Shown: one piece after another, positions 28,889-39,619 of the stretch | Layout: each line of letters begins with the position of its first letter | Position numbering within the stretch: position 1 is the first letter of the stretch | DNA from: Bacteroidia bacterium | GTDB taxonomy: Bacteria > Bacteroidota > Bacteroidia > NS11-12g > UBA9320 | Reading direction: 5' to 3' | Length of the DNA: 64,000 nucleotides | Assembly: GCA_965216465.1 (NCBI GenBank) | Contig: CBDCFW010000001.1 | Span: forward strand, 224,001 to 288,000 | The notes under the pieces: generated by a model | The model's database searches: none | What the model was told of the DNA's origin: nothing | Seen by the model: the letters and a program-made list of their open reading frames with translations, nothing else | Program-made: the position numbers and the translations under genes

Positions 28889-31639
28889 TTATCTGCTTAA
28901 TTCTCGAACTAGTAAAACTGAGGTTATTGCTGTAGTAACAGTTGAGGTTGTAATGGTAATGATAGTTTGCAATTGCATTAACCTTTCTGTAACTGTCATA
29001 TCAGCTTTCTCTTGCTTGATTCGCTGTCTCTTTTCCGATTTAGCATCCTTTTGGAATGCAATTATTGTACTCCCTGGTTCAAGTTTTGGGTAAACTTTAA
29101 AGAGTATAAGATTCTTTGTTTTCTTAATCTGACCGCTTTTAGTTTCGACTACAGTCTTTGACTTCTTGCTCCCTTTGGCGAATCCTCCAACAAAATTATT
29201 GATGTAGTAATTCGCTCTCTTACCGCCTTTGTATGCAACATTCATGGTTTCGCTCAAATAGTCTTCAGTGTAAATTTCTGAAGCACGTGTAGAGCTTGTA
29301 TAAATATGTACGATGCTCTCTGAACGTGGCACTGTAACCTTATCTCCCTCATCAAGAATAACATTGTAATCTGATTTAACTCGTTTCAACGCCTTGTGCA
29401 TTTTCGTAATAATATAGCCTTTAGAGCCTTTTGTTCTGAGGATTTTCCCTCCTTTTAGGTTAGCTTCATCGGTTACTCCTCCAGCTGCAGCAATTAGGTC
29501 AGATAGTTTATAATTATCACCTACGATGGCATATGGACCTGGATATTTCACTTCTCCTTCAATGTTTACAAGCTTGATGGGGTCAAATTCAGGGGTGTTT
29601 CTAACAACAATTTGATCGAATGGCATCAATTCAAATTGATTTGGATCTATTTCATTAATGTCTTTATTGATAGTTATTGACGTAGCTAAGGTTCGAGTTG
29701 GTTCATTTTCATTTATCTCTAATCTGTAAACATCAATTCGGTTACTTGCGGCTTCATAGGTTAAACCACCAGCCATTGCAACCATTTGTTGAAGTGTCAA
29801 CGTTTCATCGTAAGTAGCCGAAACGGGTCTTCGAACAGCCCCACCTATTGAGATGTTCAATTGGTCGTTAAACAACTCGATTGCAGGAATAACGATTCGA
29901 TCGTTAGGACTTATCTTTATGTTGTATGGCGAGTTGAAGTCTTCCATTGCTTTACGAGCTTCAATAAACACATACTCGAATTTCTCAGCGTTATTTGGTG
30001 ATCTTCTTACGATATATCCAAATGAGGTTGCATTAGGTAAAAGACCTCCAGCCATCAATATTGCATCAGATAATTGCAAGGTTTGAAACGGTGCCCATTC
30101 ATGTTTTAGGTCTCTTTTTACAGCTCCTTGGATAGAGAAGGTATAGTTCTGGATATAATCCTTCTGATTTAAGATGTTTAATTTATCTTCCTTTTGAAGA
30201 ACAATATTGTCTTTTCCATCAGGGTTAGCAATGGCACTTTGCGGATGAACTCGCTCTATTCTGTATTGACCATTTAACAACCTTCTAACCAGATACCCTA
30301 CTTCAAGCTTTGCAAAATCTTCAATTTCGCCATGATTCATAAGGTCTACCAGTCGCATGCCTTCTTTCCATTCATAACGTCCTGAATTTTTTACCGCTCC
30401 TGAAATATGTACTACGTTTTCTAGGCGTCTGTCTTCAAAGGCTACTGTAATCCTATCTAAGTCTTGTAAAGCGAAGTTGTTATCTACAAGATGCTTATAA
30501 TCAAAGTTATACAGTTTGTTTTGACCATCTTCTTTTCGTACAATCTCTATATTTTCAGCACGACCAGAAGAGGTAAGACCTTCAGTAAAGAGCATTAAGT
30601 CTTTAAATCCTTCTCCTTCCTTCAATTCAAAGTTGCCAGTTCTACGAAGCTCTCCAAAACCGGTAACTACGTTACTCGCGATGGGCACATAGATAATGTC
30701 ATTGTTTTTTAGGTAGTACTCAGGTTTCACCTCACCGGAGTAGAGAAATTCATAAATATCAATAGTTCGTTCTTTTCCGCCACTCAATATCTTAATATTT
30801 CTCACCGAGCCATTAGCTTTAAGACCATCTGACAACACCAAGGCATTCAATACTGAATTTAGTGCTGACAATGTATAATTTCCTTCTCGGGTTACCTGAC
30901 CAAAAATACTGACGCTAATTGTTCTTGCAGTTTTAAGGTCAATGGCAATTTGGTCTCTTGAATAGCGATAAGCCATCATGAAACGCTTGGTGATTATCTC
31001 TCGGGCTTTGGCTAGTGTTACTCCTTTCAAGTAAATTTTAGGAATGTTTGATGGCCTTATAAATCCATCTTTATCTATTTGATATACCAAATCGGCCTGT
31101 GAGACACCAAATATGTTAATTGCCACTTCGTCACCTTCATCCAATACATAGTTTCCTGGTATTTTACCTGTTGAACTCCCTCTGTATACTTCAATGGTAT
31201 TGTTTACAAAGATATGTTGACCGTAAATCTTGTTTGCTCCTTGAACTTTGTTCTCAGCCAATTCTTCGGTTACGGCTTCATTAAAGGTAGAGCCTTCTTT
31301 TAAGCGTTGAACGATATCGTCTGCAACACGCGGGTCATCAATAATAATAGACTCTTCTAGTGGCGATGATACTACTTCTTCTCTGTAAGCAGTTGTCGCT
31401 CCAGTCGTTTTATTTACCTCACCAATAGTCTTTCTAATTACATCTTTTGTACTTTGTACGTTAGACGGGTCTATTTTATCTAAGGAAATACCTTTCTGTT
31501 TTAACACATCCGAAAGTGGATCCTTAACTTCTTTAACGGGCGATTCGCCTATATTTTCTTCGTTTCTCAAAGTATCTTGACTGAACGAAGTATGGGCAAA
31601 GAACAGAAGTGTCAGAATTATTTTAGCTCTTAGTAACAT
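28889..31639 (-). CDS. Large multi-SLBB polysaccharide export protein (OPX/KpsD-like; module B)
   Basis: Signal peptide, NYVLDEGDEVAINIFG export domain, repeated I.GAV..G SLBB units, C-terminal helix. Confidence 0.85.
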   Translation of the reverse strand: MLLRAKIILTLLFFAHTSFSQDTLRNEENIGESPVKEVKDPLSDVLKQKGISLDKIDPSNVQSTKDVIRKTIGEVNKTTGATTAYREEVVSSPLEESIIIDDPRVADDIVQRLKEGSTFNEAVTEELAENKVQGANKIYGQHIFVNNTIEVYRGSSTGKIPGNYVLDEGDEVAINIFGVSQADLVYQIDKDGFIRPSNIPKIYLKGVTLAKAREIITKRFMMAYRYSRDQIAIDLKTARTISVSIFGQVTREGNYTLSALNSVLNALVLSDGLKANGSVRNIKILSGGKERTIDIYEFLYSGEVKPEYYLKNNDIIYVPIASNVVTGFGELRRTGNFELKEGEGFKDLMLFTEGLTSSGRAENIEIVRKEDGQNKLYNFDYKHLVDNNFALQDLDRITVAFEDRRLENVVHISGAVKNSGRYEWKEGMRLVDLMNHGEIEDFAKLEVGYLVRRLLNGQYRIERVHPQSAIANPDGKDNIVLQKEDKLNILNQKDYIQNYTFSIQGAVKRDLKHEWAPFQTLQLSDAILMAGGLLPNATSFGYIVRRSPNNAEKFEYVFIEARKAMEDFNSPYNIKISPNDRIVIPAIELFNDQLNISIGGAVRRPVSATYDETLTLQQMVAMAGGLTYEAASNRIDVYRLEINENEPTRTLATSITINKDINEIDPNQFELMPFDQIVVRNTPEFDPIKLVNIEGEVKYPGPYAIVGDNYKLSDLIAAAGGVTDEANLKGGKILRTKGSKGYIITKMHKALKRVKSDYNVILDEGDKVTVPRSESIVHIYTSSTRASEIYTEDYLSETMNVAYKGGKRANYYINNFVGGFAKGSKKSKTVVETKSGQIKKTKNLILFKVYPKLEPGSTIIAFQKDAKSEKRQRIKQEKADMTVTERLMQLQTIITITTSTVTTAITSVLLVRELSR

Positions 31640-32391
31640 ATAAAGTACGGATTAAGTAGGTTCTGTTTATTATAGATTAACTCGCTGGTGCTGTTTTGTT
31701 GCAAGACTTGAATGCCAAGCGATCGAAGAACAGCATGTGCAGCTGCAGTATCCCACTCCATTGTTGGAGCAAAACGTGGATACACGTCTGCTTTTCCATC
31801 AGCAATAGCCATAAACTTTAATGAACTTCCCATTGAAACAATCACTGGTTCATTCAAATCGTTAAGAAACATTTGAGTATCGTCGTTCAGATGCGAACGA
31901 GAAGCAACAACACGTATTCCAATCTTGTCTTTCAAAACATTTAAAGCAGTAGTTTGATCTCTTTTTTCAAGTTTATGCTCTTCACCACCGACTATTTTAA
32001 TGCCGGGAAGGTCATCTCCTCCGATAAATAGTTCGTCTGTAACCGGAACGTAAACTACTCCAAATGTGGGAATTCCATCTTTTATTAGTGCAATATTGAC
32101 GGTGAATTCGCCATTTTTCTTGATGAACTCGCGGGTACCATCTAACGGGTCGACCATCCAGAATTGGTCCCATTTACTTCTTTCTTCGTATGAAATCTGG
32201 GCTCCTTCTTCACTTAAAACAGGGATGTTTGTTGACTCTAAATGCCTCATTATCACATGATGAGCAGCTTTATCCGCTCGAGTTAATGGTGAATGGTCTC
32301 CCTTAATCTCCACTCCAAAATCTGCTGTATTGTAGATTTTCAGTATCTCCTCACCGGCTTCTTTGGCCGTCTTAATCAATAATTCCTTCAA
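31630..32391 (-). CDS. cysQ: 3'(2'),5'-bisphosphate (PAP) nucleotidase
   Basis: SPLTRAD, LSEEG, VDPLDGTREFI, SRSH, GSSLKF, EWDTAA. Confidence 0.93.
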   Translation of the reverse strand: MKELLIKTAKEAGEEILKIYNTADFGVEIKGDHSPLTRADKAAHHVIMRHLESTNIPVLSEEGAQISYEERSKWDQFWMVDPLDGTREFIKKNGEFTVNIALIKDGIPTFGVVYVPVTDELFIGGDDLPGIKIVGGEEHKLEKRDQTTALNVLKDKIGIRVVASRSHLNDDTQMFLNDLNEPVIVSMGSSLKFMAIADGKADVYPRFAPTMEWDTAAAHAVLRSLGIQVLQQNSTSELIYNKQNLLNPYFICY

Positions 32392-33518
32392 TTTCCTTGA
32401 CTTGTTTTTAAATAAGCTGCAAGTGTTTTATCCCACAATGTCTTTTGTTCGTACTTGGCTATCACTGAGTCTCTTGCATTCTCTCTAAGTTCTTGATACA
32501 AAGACTTGTTTGTGTACAATTCATTCATAGATTCACATAAACTTGAAGCATTACGAGGTTCGATAAGCAATCCGTTCTTTCTGTCTTCAATTATTTCGTT
32601 GCATCCAATAATGTTAGATGATATTGCAGGTACTTGCATGGCTAGGGCTTCCATTAATGACACGCCAAATCCTTCACGATAGCTCGGAAAAACAAAAACA
32701 CTCATTTTCTTCAACCACGGTCTTATATCAGACTGAAATCCTGCAAAATAGATATTGGGGTTGTTTTCTATTTCTTCTTTTACCGTCTTACTCACCGGAT
32801 CAAGACTTTCAAAGTCACCTACCAAAAGTAATCTTGTATTTGCATGCTTATTATTGATGTTCAAAAAGCACTCTACTAGCTCGTTAATACCTTTATCACG
32901 TACTAATCTACCTACAAATCCAAATACAAAATTGGAGTCATCGTATTGATTATCTTCAATCAAATCGCCATGATCTCTTCTATAATATTCTGCATTTATC
33001 CCATTAACACTTCCATTACCGATAACTTGAATATCCTTATTCGTGATTTTGTCTTGTAACAAAGATTCCTTCACCCCGAAACTCACCGCATATATATCAG
33101 TAGCAAAGAAACAGGTAAGCTTCTCCATGCGTTGTAAAAAACTCTTTCTCCTACCTGTTAACCCATCGTAACGCAATCCGTGCAGGTAGTAGATTCTAGT
33201 TTTTACGCCTACCAACCAACCTCCTAGCATCGTTAGAAAGCCCGCTTTAGGAGTACTTCCATGAATAACATCAGGCTTTGTTTTCCTTAATACACGAGTA
33301 ATTCTCATCAAGCTTTTGAGATCATTAAGCAACGAAACCTCACGTTTCATATTAACAACATGACCCTTAATATCTTCACTCTCGCAAATTGAATCAAGAT
33401 GACTCCCTTCACTAGACAAGACCTCTACATTAAACGATTTTTTGAGCACCTGAATTTGCCCCCTAAAAAAGTGAAGAGAAAGCGGTATAGTGGTTGATAT
33501 GATAAGCTTGGGGTTCAT
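32388..33518 (-). CDS. Glycosyltransferase family 4, CapM/PglA-like (paralog of 7129-8265)
   Basis: STPKAG, GNGSVNG, GRLVRDKGI, FPSYREGFG, GCNEII. Confidence 0.9.
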   Translation of the reverse strand: MNPKLIISTTIPLSLHFFRGQIQVLKKSFNVEVLSSEGSHLDSICESEDIKGHVVNMKREVSLLNDLKSLMRITRVLRKTKPDVIHGSTPKAGFLTMLGGWLVGVKTRIYYLHGLRYDGLTGRRKSFLQRMEKLTCFFATDIYAVSFGVKESLLQDKITNKDIQVIGNGSVNGINAEYYRRDHGDLIEDNQYDDSNFVFGFVGRLVRDKGINELVECFLNINNKHANTRLLLVGDFESLDPVSKTVKEEIENNPNIYFAGFQSDIRPWLKKMSVFVFPSYREGFGVSLMEALAMQVPAISSNIIGCNEIIEDRKNGLLIEPRNASSLCESMNELYTNKSLYQELRENARDSVIAKYEQKTLWDKTLAAYLKTSQGN

Positions 33519-33521
33519 TTA

Positions 33522-34403
33522 TCAATCTATTCCAGGTACTGTTGTTGATCTGATGGCTGCAATATCTTGCTTTAATTTGGCTATAACCTGCTCTTTTTGT
33601 GCTCCAACACCTCTCTTTTTAAGCAATATGTCCATTCTACCAAACAAAGTCAGAATTCGTACGGTTGTCGATTTTGCAAGCGACTTAAGCCACAATATGA
33701 GTTTTTTCTTACCTCCATACTTCAAAAAAAGCCGTCTTTCGTAGCGGTAGGCGAGCAGCATCTTTTTGGCTTTTACATTGCCTTCTTCTCTATAATAATA
33801 AAGAGGATCTGCAATACTGTTAATCTTCAAATCTCCCTTTGCCGCTGCCGTAACCCAAAGTGAATAATCTTGTGCTACCTTCAGGTTTGGGTTATATGGA
33901 TTGCGGAGGTGCCATGATTTTTTAGCTACCAACGCAGCATGGGTTATCCCTTTAGTTTTATGCAACAACTCGCTGAGGCTTATCGCGTTGTAAGACATTC
34001 CTCGATGGCCCACGTAATCCAAGCCATCTGTTATCGAAATAACTCCTGTACTAACTAAATCTAGATCTGGGTTTTCTAGTAGGATGTTCATTTGTGTCTC
34101 AATTCGATCAGGAGCAATTAAGTCATCTGCATCCATACGGACCAAATAATCATATTTAGCGAGCTGAGTAACTTCATTTAGCCGTGTAGCAAGTTTTTTG
34201 TTTTTTCCATCCGACATGACCCTTACCCGCTCATCCTCAATCGATTGAGCGATTTTAAGTGAATTGTCTGAAGAACCGTCGTCGATTAATATTAGCTCCC
34301 AGTTTGGATAGGTTTGTGCGTAAACCGACCGCACAGAGTCCATAAGAAATTCTTCTGAGTTGAAGAATGGAATAGCGATGGTTACAAAGGGTAATTGACT
34401 CAC
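33522..34403 (-). CDS. Glycosyltransferase family 2
   Basis: IPFFN, IDDGSSD, RMDADD, QDY. Confidence 0.9.
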   Translation of the reverse strand: MSQLPFVTIAIPFFNSEEFLMDSVRSVYAQTYPNWELILIDDGSSDNSLKIAQSIEDERVRVMSDGKNKKLATRLNEVTQLAKYDYLVRMDADDLIAPDRIETQMNILLENPDLDLVSTGVISITDGLDYVGHRGMSYNAISLSELLHKTKGITHAALVAKKSWHLRNPYNPNLKVAQDYSLWVTAAAKGDLKINSIADPLYYYREEGNVKAKKMLLAYRYERRLFLKYGGKKKLILWLKSLAKSTTVRILTLFGRMDILLKKRGVGAQKEQVIAKLKQDIAAIRSTTVPGID

Positions 34404-35464
34404 GCGAAGGCTGGATTTAATCGATATGGACCTATCATCTTTTCAATGTACACGTAATAAAAAACAATATGAATTGTGTAGAAGAAAACCCAAGGAACTA
34501 TGCTTTTAAAAAGACCAAGATTCTTGAATAGCAGCGGCCAAATGAAAATAAAACCAAATGAACTATACAATGTAAATCGAATAAGATTTACATCTTGACC
34601 TCCCAAATTCACAACTATGTACACAATAGCTGTGAACATAGTGAAGTTTAGAAAGATATCGTACTTCGGAAGATCTTCTTCCTTTATCAATTTTCTAGAG
34701 AAAAAAAAGGCTGCATTCATAACAATGTATGCGACCATTAGAAGTACACCCCCTCCAGAAGTTCTGTTGTGGTAATCAGAATATTTTTCGTTTACAAGAC
34801 CAGGTGCCACACTCATTACAATTGAAAGACCTGAGGTAACCAATGTTGTTGCGATTACCAAAATCACCATTTGCTTTAGGCTTATTTTCTGCCTAAACAC
34901 AAAATACAACGGAAGCATGATTATAACCGTTTTGTGAAAACTTGCTGCAAGAATGACAAACAAGGCGTATTTAACAAAGTTACCCCGTATAAGAGGTAGT
35001 ATGGCGAAGCCGTACACTGCAGCAGCCATTGCCTGTCTAGCTCCATTAAAGAAGAAGATGTATATACCAAGTGAGATAAACACGAACATTGATATTCCAA
35101 AATTTTCAGAAATCTTCTTAGTTAAGTAGAGATAAATTGAAACTATAAATAAGGCAATTGAGAATAGGAAAGTTGTAAAGTTTTCCGTGAGCGATTGCAT
35201 TATTTTTTGAAAAATCACAAAACCAGGCTCTATCCCCCCGATGAAATCGGCAACGGAAAGTCCAACATGACGTTTGTACACGAACATATCACGATAGTTT
35301 TCGGTGTCAGTACCTACCTCCAATGCTCTAACCGTTGGAAAGACGACCAAAACAGTGAGACACAACAGTATAAAGATTGCTCTTAAAGCTGGAATCTCTT
35401 TGTACTTATTGGCCAAGAACATAAGAACGGTGGCAACAATCAGTATGACAAAGTAAATAGTCAC
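34400..35464 (-). CDS. EpsG-family Wzy polymerase (module A)
   Basis: R..VGTDT.NY, EPGF, NGARQ, FHKT; multi-TM. Confidence 0.85.
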   Translation of the reverse strand: MTIYFVILIVATVLMFLANKYKEIPALRAIFILLCLTVLVVFPTVRALEVGTDTENYRDMFVYKRHVGLSVADFIGGIEPGFVIFQKIMQSLTENFTTFLFSIALFIVSIYLYLTKKISENFGISMFVFISLGIYIFFFNGARQAMAAAVYGFAILPLIRGNFVKYALFVILAASFHKTVIIMLPLYFVFRQKISLKQMVILVIATTLVTSGLSIVMSVAPGLVNEKYSDYHNRTSGGGVLLMVAYIVMNAAFFFSRKLIKEEDLPKYDIFLNFTMFTAIVYIVVNLGGQDVNLIRFTLYSSFGFIFIWPLLFKNLGLFKSIVPWVFFYTIHIVFYYVYIEKMIGPYRLNPAFA

Positions 35465-35466
35465 TT

Positions 35467-36609
35467 CTATTGTGATTTCTTCAATATCGTTCGAAGCACC
35501 TCATAATGAGATTCGCATCGAATTACGTTAAGCATTGTTCTTAACTTTTGTCGAGAGTATATCAATTTTACCAAACGATTTCCTGTCAATCTATTAAGAT
35601 GAATAAGCACACGATTAAACCCTAGAATTAAAGGAAGATAGAGTGAAGCTTTTGAGTTACAGAACGCGTTCCATTTTTCAGCAATAAAATCGGCATCATC
35701 TAGGTTTCTTGATTCGGCCTGAAGGTCTTGCAGTACTTTATCTGCTTCGCTCTTTTCTAGCAATTCAATTCCTTTTGATGTAGCCGTGATTGGCTTAAGA
35801 TCCAGCTGCTTAAAAATTTTATTGGCTTCACGTTTCAAGACTAAATTAATAATAAGGCCATGATTCCAGCTCTCATCCTTTCGCAATCCAAAGATTGTGT
35901 TTCCTTGTCCGTATATAATATCTCCAGATTTATAATTTTCAGCGGTACCAATGCAATGGCTGTGTTGACAAGTAACTAGGTCTGCTCCTGATTCAATCAT
36001 CTTTCGACATCGTTTTTGCAAATCTGGTGATGGATATCGATGGTATTCAATTCCTCCATGGTACAGAATTATCAAGTAATCAACTTCGTTTTTTACTTCG
36101 CGTATAGCATCAAAGTCGTAATAAACATCAATAAAGTTTGCTCCTGCTGATTTACCGTTCGCTGTGTTGAACTCTTGCTCTGCAAAAGCCATTACCCCTA
36201 CCTTAATATCATTTACCTCGGAAATAAAAGGTTTTTTCGCTGCTTGTATATTTCTTCCAGCCCCTACGGTGTTAATCCCATTCTCTTCACACGTTTTCAG
36301 TGTTGATAGAACTCCTTCTTCTCCTAAGTCTTTTATGTGATTATTGGCCATACCTAGCAGATTAAAGCCAGCATCTTTAAATACATTAATGAAGCTGGTC
36401 TTACCACTTAAGATTGGCCCGGTTTTTTTAACTGCTTGCCCATTGTCAATTAGCGGAAACTCTAGGTTCGCCATTGTTAAATCTGAATTCTGAGTTAAAC
36501 TCAATGCCCCATTAAACAATGATTGGCTATCTTGAGCTTCAAAAAGTTGTTTTGTGTCCTGAGTCGGACAAATATCTCCACATATTACAATGTTCGCTTC
36601 ACCTTTCAT
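35467..36609 (-). CDS. CapA / PGA_cap family metallophosphoesterase-fold protein
   Basis: GD, NLEFP, ANNHIKD, HGGIE, QHSHC, YGQGN. Confidence 0.85.
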   Translation of the reverse strand: MKGEANIVICGDICPTQDTKQLFEAQDSQSLFNGALSLTQNSDLTMANLEFPLIDNGQAVKKTGPILSGKTSFINVFKDAGFNLLGMANNHIKDLGEEGVLSTLKTCEENGINTVGAGRNIQAAKKPFISEVNDIKVGVMAFAEQEFNTANGKSAGANFIDVYYDFDAIREVKNEVDYLIILYHGGIEYHRYPSPDLQKRCRKMIESGADLVTCQHSHCIGTAENYKSGDIIYGQGNTIFGLRKDESWNHGLIINLVLKREANKIFKQLDLKPITATSKGIELLEKSEADKVLQDLQAESRNLDDADFIAEKWNAFCNSKASLYLPLILGFNRVLIHLNRLTGNRLVKLIYSRQKLRTMLNVIRCESHYEVLRTILKKSQ

Positions 36610-37766
36610 TTTTGTAAGTATAGTTCTTCAATCTTTGCGGTATTTCCAGCAACATCAAAACCGAGATTTACAATGTTCCTACGAACAATATCTAAATCGG
36701 AATGTTTTTTAGCTTCAATAATGGAGTCTACCCATGGTTCGACATCAAAATCACTATGATATTTCACTAATCCTAGCTCCATATCAACACTTGGAGGAAA
36801 GCCAGAATACAAAACACAGGGTATTCCTGCTGCCTGAGCTTCAACTGCTACAAGACCAAAGCCTTCTTGTAAAGCGGGACCAACGAAAACAGTCATTGCG
36901 TTAACCACAGTTTCTACATCGTCTCTGCTCCCTAGGTAATGAACACAATCAATTACATCTCCGTCTTTCGCAGCAGCAAGAATTTCTTTTTGATATGCCT
37001 TGTCATCATCTCTTCCAGCATAAATAAAACGAAATTCTATCTCTCTCTTCTTTAATTCCTTGAGAATGTCGATAATGAAACGAACATTTTTATGACGCAC
37101 CACTCTTCCAACATTTCCAAGCACTAGGGTTGATTCATTGAGATTAAGTTCTCTTCTCAATGTATTCAATTTTTGAGGGTCAGGAGATTGAAATTTTTGA
37201 ACATCTACCGCATTATTAATGATTGCGGATCTTTCTGGGGTTAAGAGCGACGAAAAGAATAGGCTTCTGTTTGCTTCTTCTGAGCATCCCCAGTAGTTCG
37301 TTGCAAAACGTGCCATTAACATCTGCTGAAATTTAAGTTCTATTTTACTTAGAAATACTTTTAGCCATTGTCCTCTTATTTTTAAGTCTGCATGTGAGTG
37401 CACTACAATTTTCTTTGCTCCTGCTCGCTTAGCTGCCCATGCAATAATTCCAGACTTGGCATTCATATGAATGTGAACCACATCATAACCCCCATTCGCT
37501 TTAAATAGTTGCTTAAATATATAGAGATATTTAATTGGACCGATATCCCATTGAGCACCTATGTGATACAATCGACAACCCAATTCTACTAATTCCTGAT
37601 CAAAGTCCCCTTCAGTAATACCTTGCTTTGTGTTATAGTTAACTAAAAAATCAAAGTGAAAATTAGACGATTTATTACGCGTTACATCCATTAACATTAC
37701 CTCGGCCCCGCCTCTGTTCATAGAGCCAACTACATGAAGTACACGAACGGGTAAGGAAGAGTTCAA
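36606..37766 (-). CDS. Glycosyltransferase family 4, EpsF-like
   Basis: LHVVGSMNRGGAE, HSH, EGFGLVAVEAQAAG; probable TTG start at 37766. Confidence 0.88.
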   Translation of the reverse strand: MNSSLPVRVLHVVGSMNRGGAEVMLMDVTRNKSSNFHFDFLVNYNTKQGITEGDFDQELVELGCRLYHIGAQWDIGPIKYLYIFKQLFKANGGYDVVHIHMNAKSGIIAWAAKRAGAKKIVVHSHADLKIRGQWLKVFLSKIELKFQQMLMARFATNYWGCSEEANRSLFFSSLLTPERSAIINNAVDVQKFQSPDPQKLNTLRRELNLNESTLVLGNVGRVVRHKNVRFIIDILKELKKREIEFRFIYAGRDDDKAYQKEILAAAKDGDVIDCVHYLGSRDDVETVVNAMTVFVGPALQEGFGLVAVEAQAAGIPCVLYSGFPPSVDMELGLVKYHSDFDVEPWVDSIIEAKKHSDLDIVRRNIVNLGFDVAGNTAKIEELYLQK

Positions 37767-37767
37767 T

Positions 37768-38676
37768 TTACAGTTTATCGTAAAGACTGGTGTGTTCTCT
37801 AACAAAGCCTTCTTTGCTTTTAGGAAACACCAGATAGTTCCATTTATTTGGAATAGCCTTAAAACTTTCAAATTGCGTTGCCTTTGTTTCGCTATCTAAG
37901 TTAAAAATAAGATAGTTATTCAACTCAAATAATTGATTCAACTGATCGGCCACAGAATCTCGTAGAATCTCAATGATTATTATCGGCTCAAACTTAGCCA
38001 GGTACTTCCCTAGCCCTTCAATGGCTTCTGGTTCGTGAAGTTCTATATCTAACTTCATTAAATCTATTCCATCAATTTTATGATTTTCAATGTAGTCATC
38101 CAACCGAACAGTCTCGACCTTATACTCTACAATTTCACCGGTAAAACCTTTAGTATTTTTTAACTTATCTGGTGATAATGATGCACTAGTTTGATTGACT
38201 TCGGGAACATCATAAAATGTTTCTACACCCGTTTTTTTTGATACTCCTACCTTTTCACATTGCGTATCAAAACCGTTCAACTTATTGTTGTATGCCATGC
38301 GATTGAACGTGTTGTCGGAAGGTTCAAACGCATATACCTTAGCTTTGGGATTTAACGATTTCGCCACCAAGCTGTATACTCCTGTATTAGCTCCAATATC
38401 AAAGATAGAATTGCTGACTTTGCAAAGTTCTTTCCATATCCATCCTGTTTCTCTTTCCCAGGTCTTGAATAGCCCTTTCCAAAAAACTTCCGTTTCAATT
38501 ATACCTCCGTTATGATATATTTTGAATTTAGTATTCTTCTCAACCTCAACCTCAAAAACACCAATGAAAGACAATTTGCGGTACAATTTATTTGGCACTA
38601 CACCTAGCTTTTTTAAAAAACTAAACATTTGTTTTTTTAGCGGGATGAGGTTGTAGACTTTTTTTATTGCTTTCAT
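37768..38676 (-). CDS. FkbM-family methyltransferase
   Basis: FDIGANTG, AFEP, RLDD, KLDIELHE. Confidence 0.88.
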   Translation of the reverse strand: MKAIKKVYNLIPLKKQMFSFLKKLGVVPNKLYRKLSFIGVFEVEVEKNTKFKIYHNGGIIETEVFWKGLFKTWERETGWIWKELCKVSNSIFDIGANTGVYSLVAKSLNPKAKVYAFEPSDNTFNRMAYNNKLNGFDTQCEKVGVSKKTGVETFYDVPEVNQTSASLSPDKLKNTKGFTGEIVEYKVETVRLDDYIENHKIDGIDLMKLDIELHEPEAIEGLGKYLAKFEPIIIIEILRDSVADQLNQLFELNNYLIFNLDSETKATQFESFKAIPNKWNYLVFPKSKEGFVREHTSLYDKL

Positions 38677-38689
38677 ATTTGATTGAGTA

Positions 38690-39619
38690 TTATGAAGGTA
38701 AAACTATGTATTCACCTAAAATATCGTCATATTTAGGTGGTGTAAAATCGGGCAATCCACTCTTTGGGTAAAAAGTTAGCTCACCAAACACGATCTTTTT
38801 ATTGGTTTCATAAAGGTCAACCCGAACAAACGGAAAGCCTTGGCTTAAATCTTTTGCCATCGCAATCATCTCTTCTAGTTTAGAAGGTTTAGGGATATTT
38901 ATGTCAGGTCGTGGCACTAAATCTTTACCGAAAGGTAAGATTGACCAGTTTAGGTCATAAAAGTTTTGTGCATGATTAGCACTTCCTCGACCTTTATTCG
39001 CTTGAACAAATCGCACATCTCCATCAAAGCAGAAAAATTTATAGTCCATTAATTGGCCACTCTCATCTTCAAGATACTTCTCTACAATCACACTGGGTTT
39101 CATGTTTTTGTAAGGCCATTCTCGTCCTGGCCAAAAGATATTATTCTTTAACCAGCTATTCATTATCTTTTTCCAAATGAACCAATTAACCTTTGACTTG
39201 TCTTTACAGACAAAGTTCCAACCGCTTCCGTGGCTGGCTTTTATTACAAATCGATTGGGCAGAATCTTGGAATCAAAGTCTTTAATATCATAAAAAACAG
39301 CAATTAGGTCATTGAGTGTATCACCATAGCCTTTTTCTTCTATGAATTTTCTTACTTCATATTTATCTGAGCAAGTAGTTTGAATTGGATTATGATAGTG
39401 TAGCTTTAACCATTGTTGTTTCTCGCCCCAAGTTTTTGGCTCCATTAAGTTTGGCAATTTGCCAGTATAATCTTTAAAGAGCTTATTTATTGCAGCTGTG
39501 TCATCCAGATTTTGAAGCGATTTTATTCCTTTTTTTCTCTGATTCTCTAGCCAAATGAACAACAGCCAAGGATTTTCATTTTTTAGACGTACCAGGATAT
39601 CTCTTAGCTTTGCTATCAT
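38690..39619 (-). CDS. TupA-like ATP-grasp protein
   Basis: DKYEVR, KASHGSG, EKYL, DYKFFCFDG, RVDLY, FGELTFYP.SG. Confidence 0.88.
   Translation of the reverse strand: MIAKLRDILVRLKNENPWLLFIWLENQRKKGIKSLQNLDDTAAINKLFKDYTGKLPNLMEPKTWGEKQQWLKLHYHNPIQTTCSDKYEVRKFIEEKGYGDTLNDLIAVFYDIKDFDSKILPNRFVIKASHGSGWNFVCKDKSKVNWFIWKKIMNSWLKNNIFWPGREWPYKNMKPSVIVEKYLEDESGQLMDYKFFCFDGDVRFVQANKGRGSANHAQNFYDLNWSILPFGKDLVPRPDINIPKPSKLEEMIAMAKDLSQGFPFVRVDLYETNKKIVFGELTFYPKSGLPDFTPPKYDDILGEYIVLPS

Noticed and set aside
34701-34708. A8 tract in the EpsG Wzy, and other A/T runs (15481-15488, 20584-20590)
   Set aside because: The frames are intact and such runs are expected in AT-rich DNA; there is no evidence of phase variation.
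37767-37871. Long apparent gene overlaps (GT4/FkbM; also cysC/DUF2061, pgl/HAD, neuC/neuB)
   Set aside because: Artefacts of longest-ORF calling; downstream starts give normal coupled junctions.
38682-38689. ATTGAGTA half-site resembling the regulator palindrome (also near 54524-54531)
   Set aside because: There is no second half-site, and an 8-mer is expected by chance in 64 kb of AT-rich DNA.
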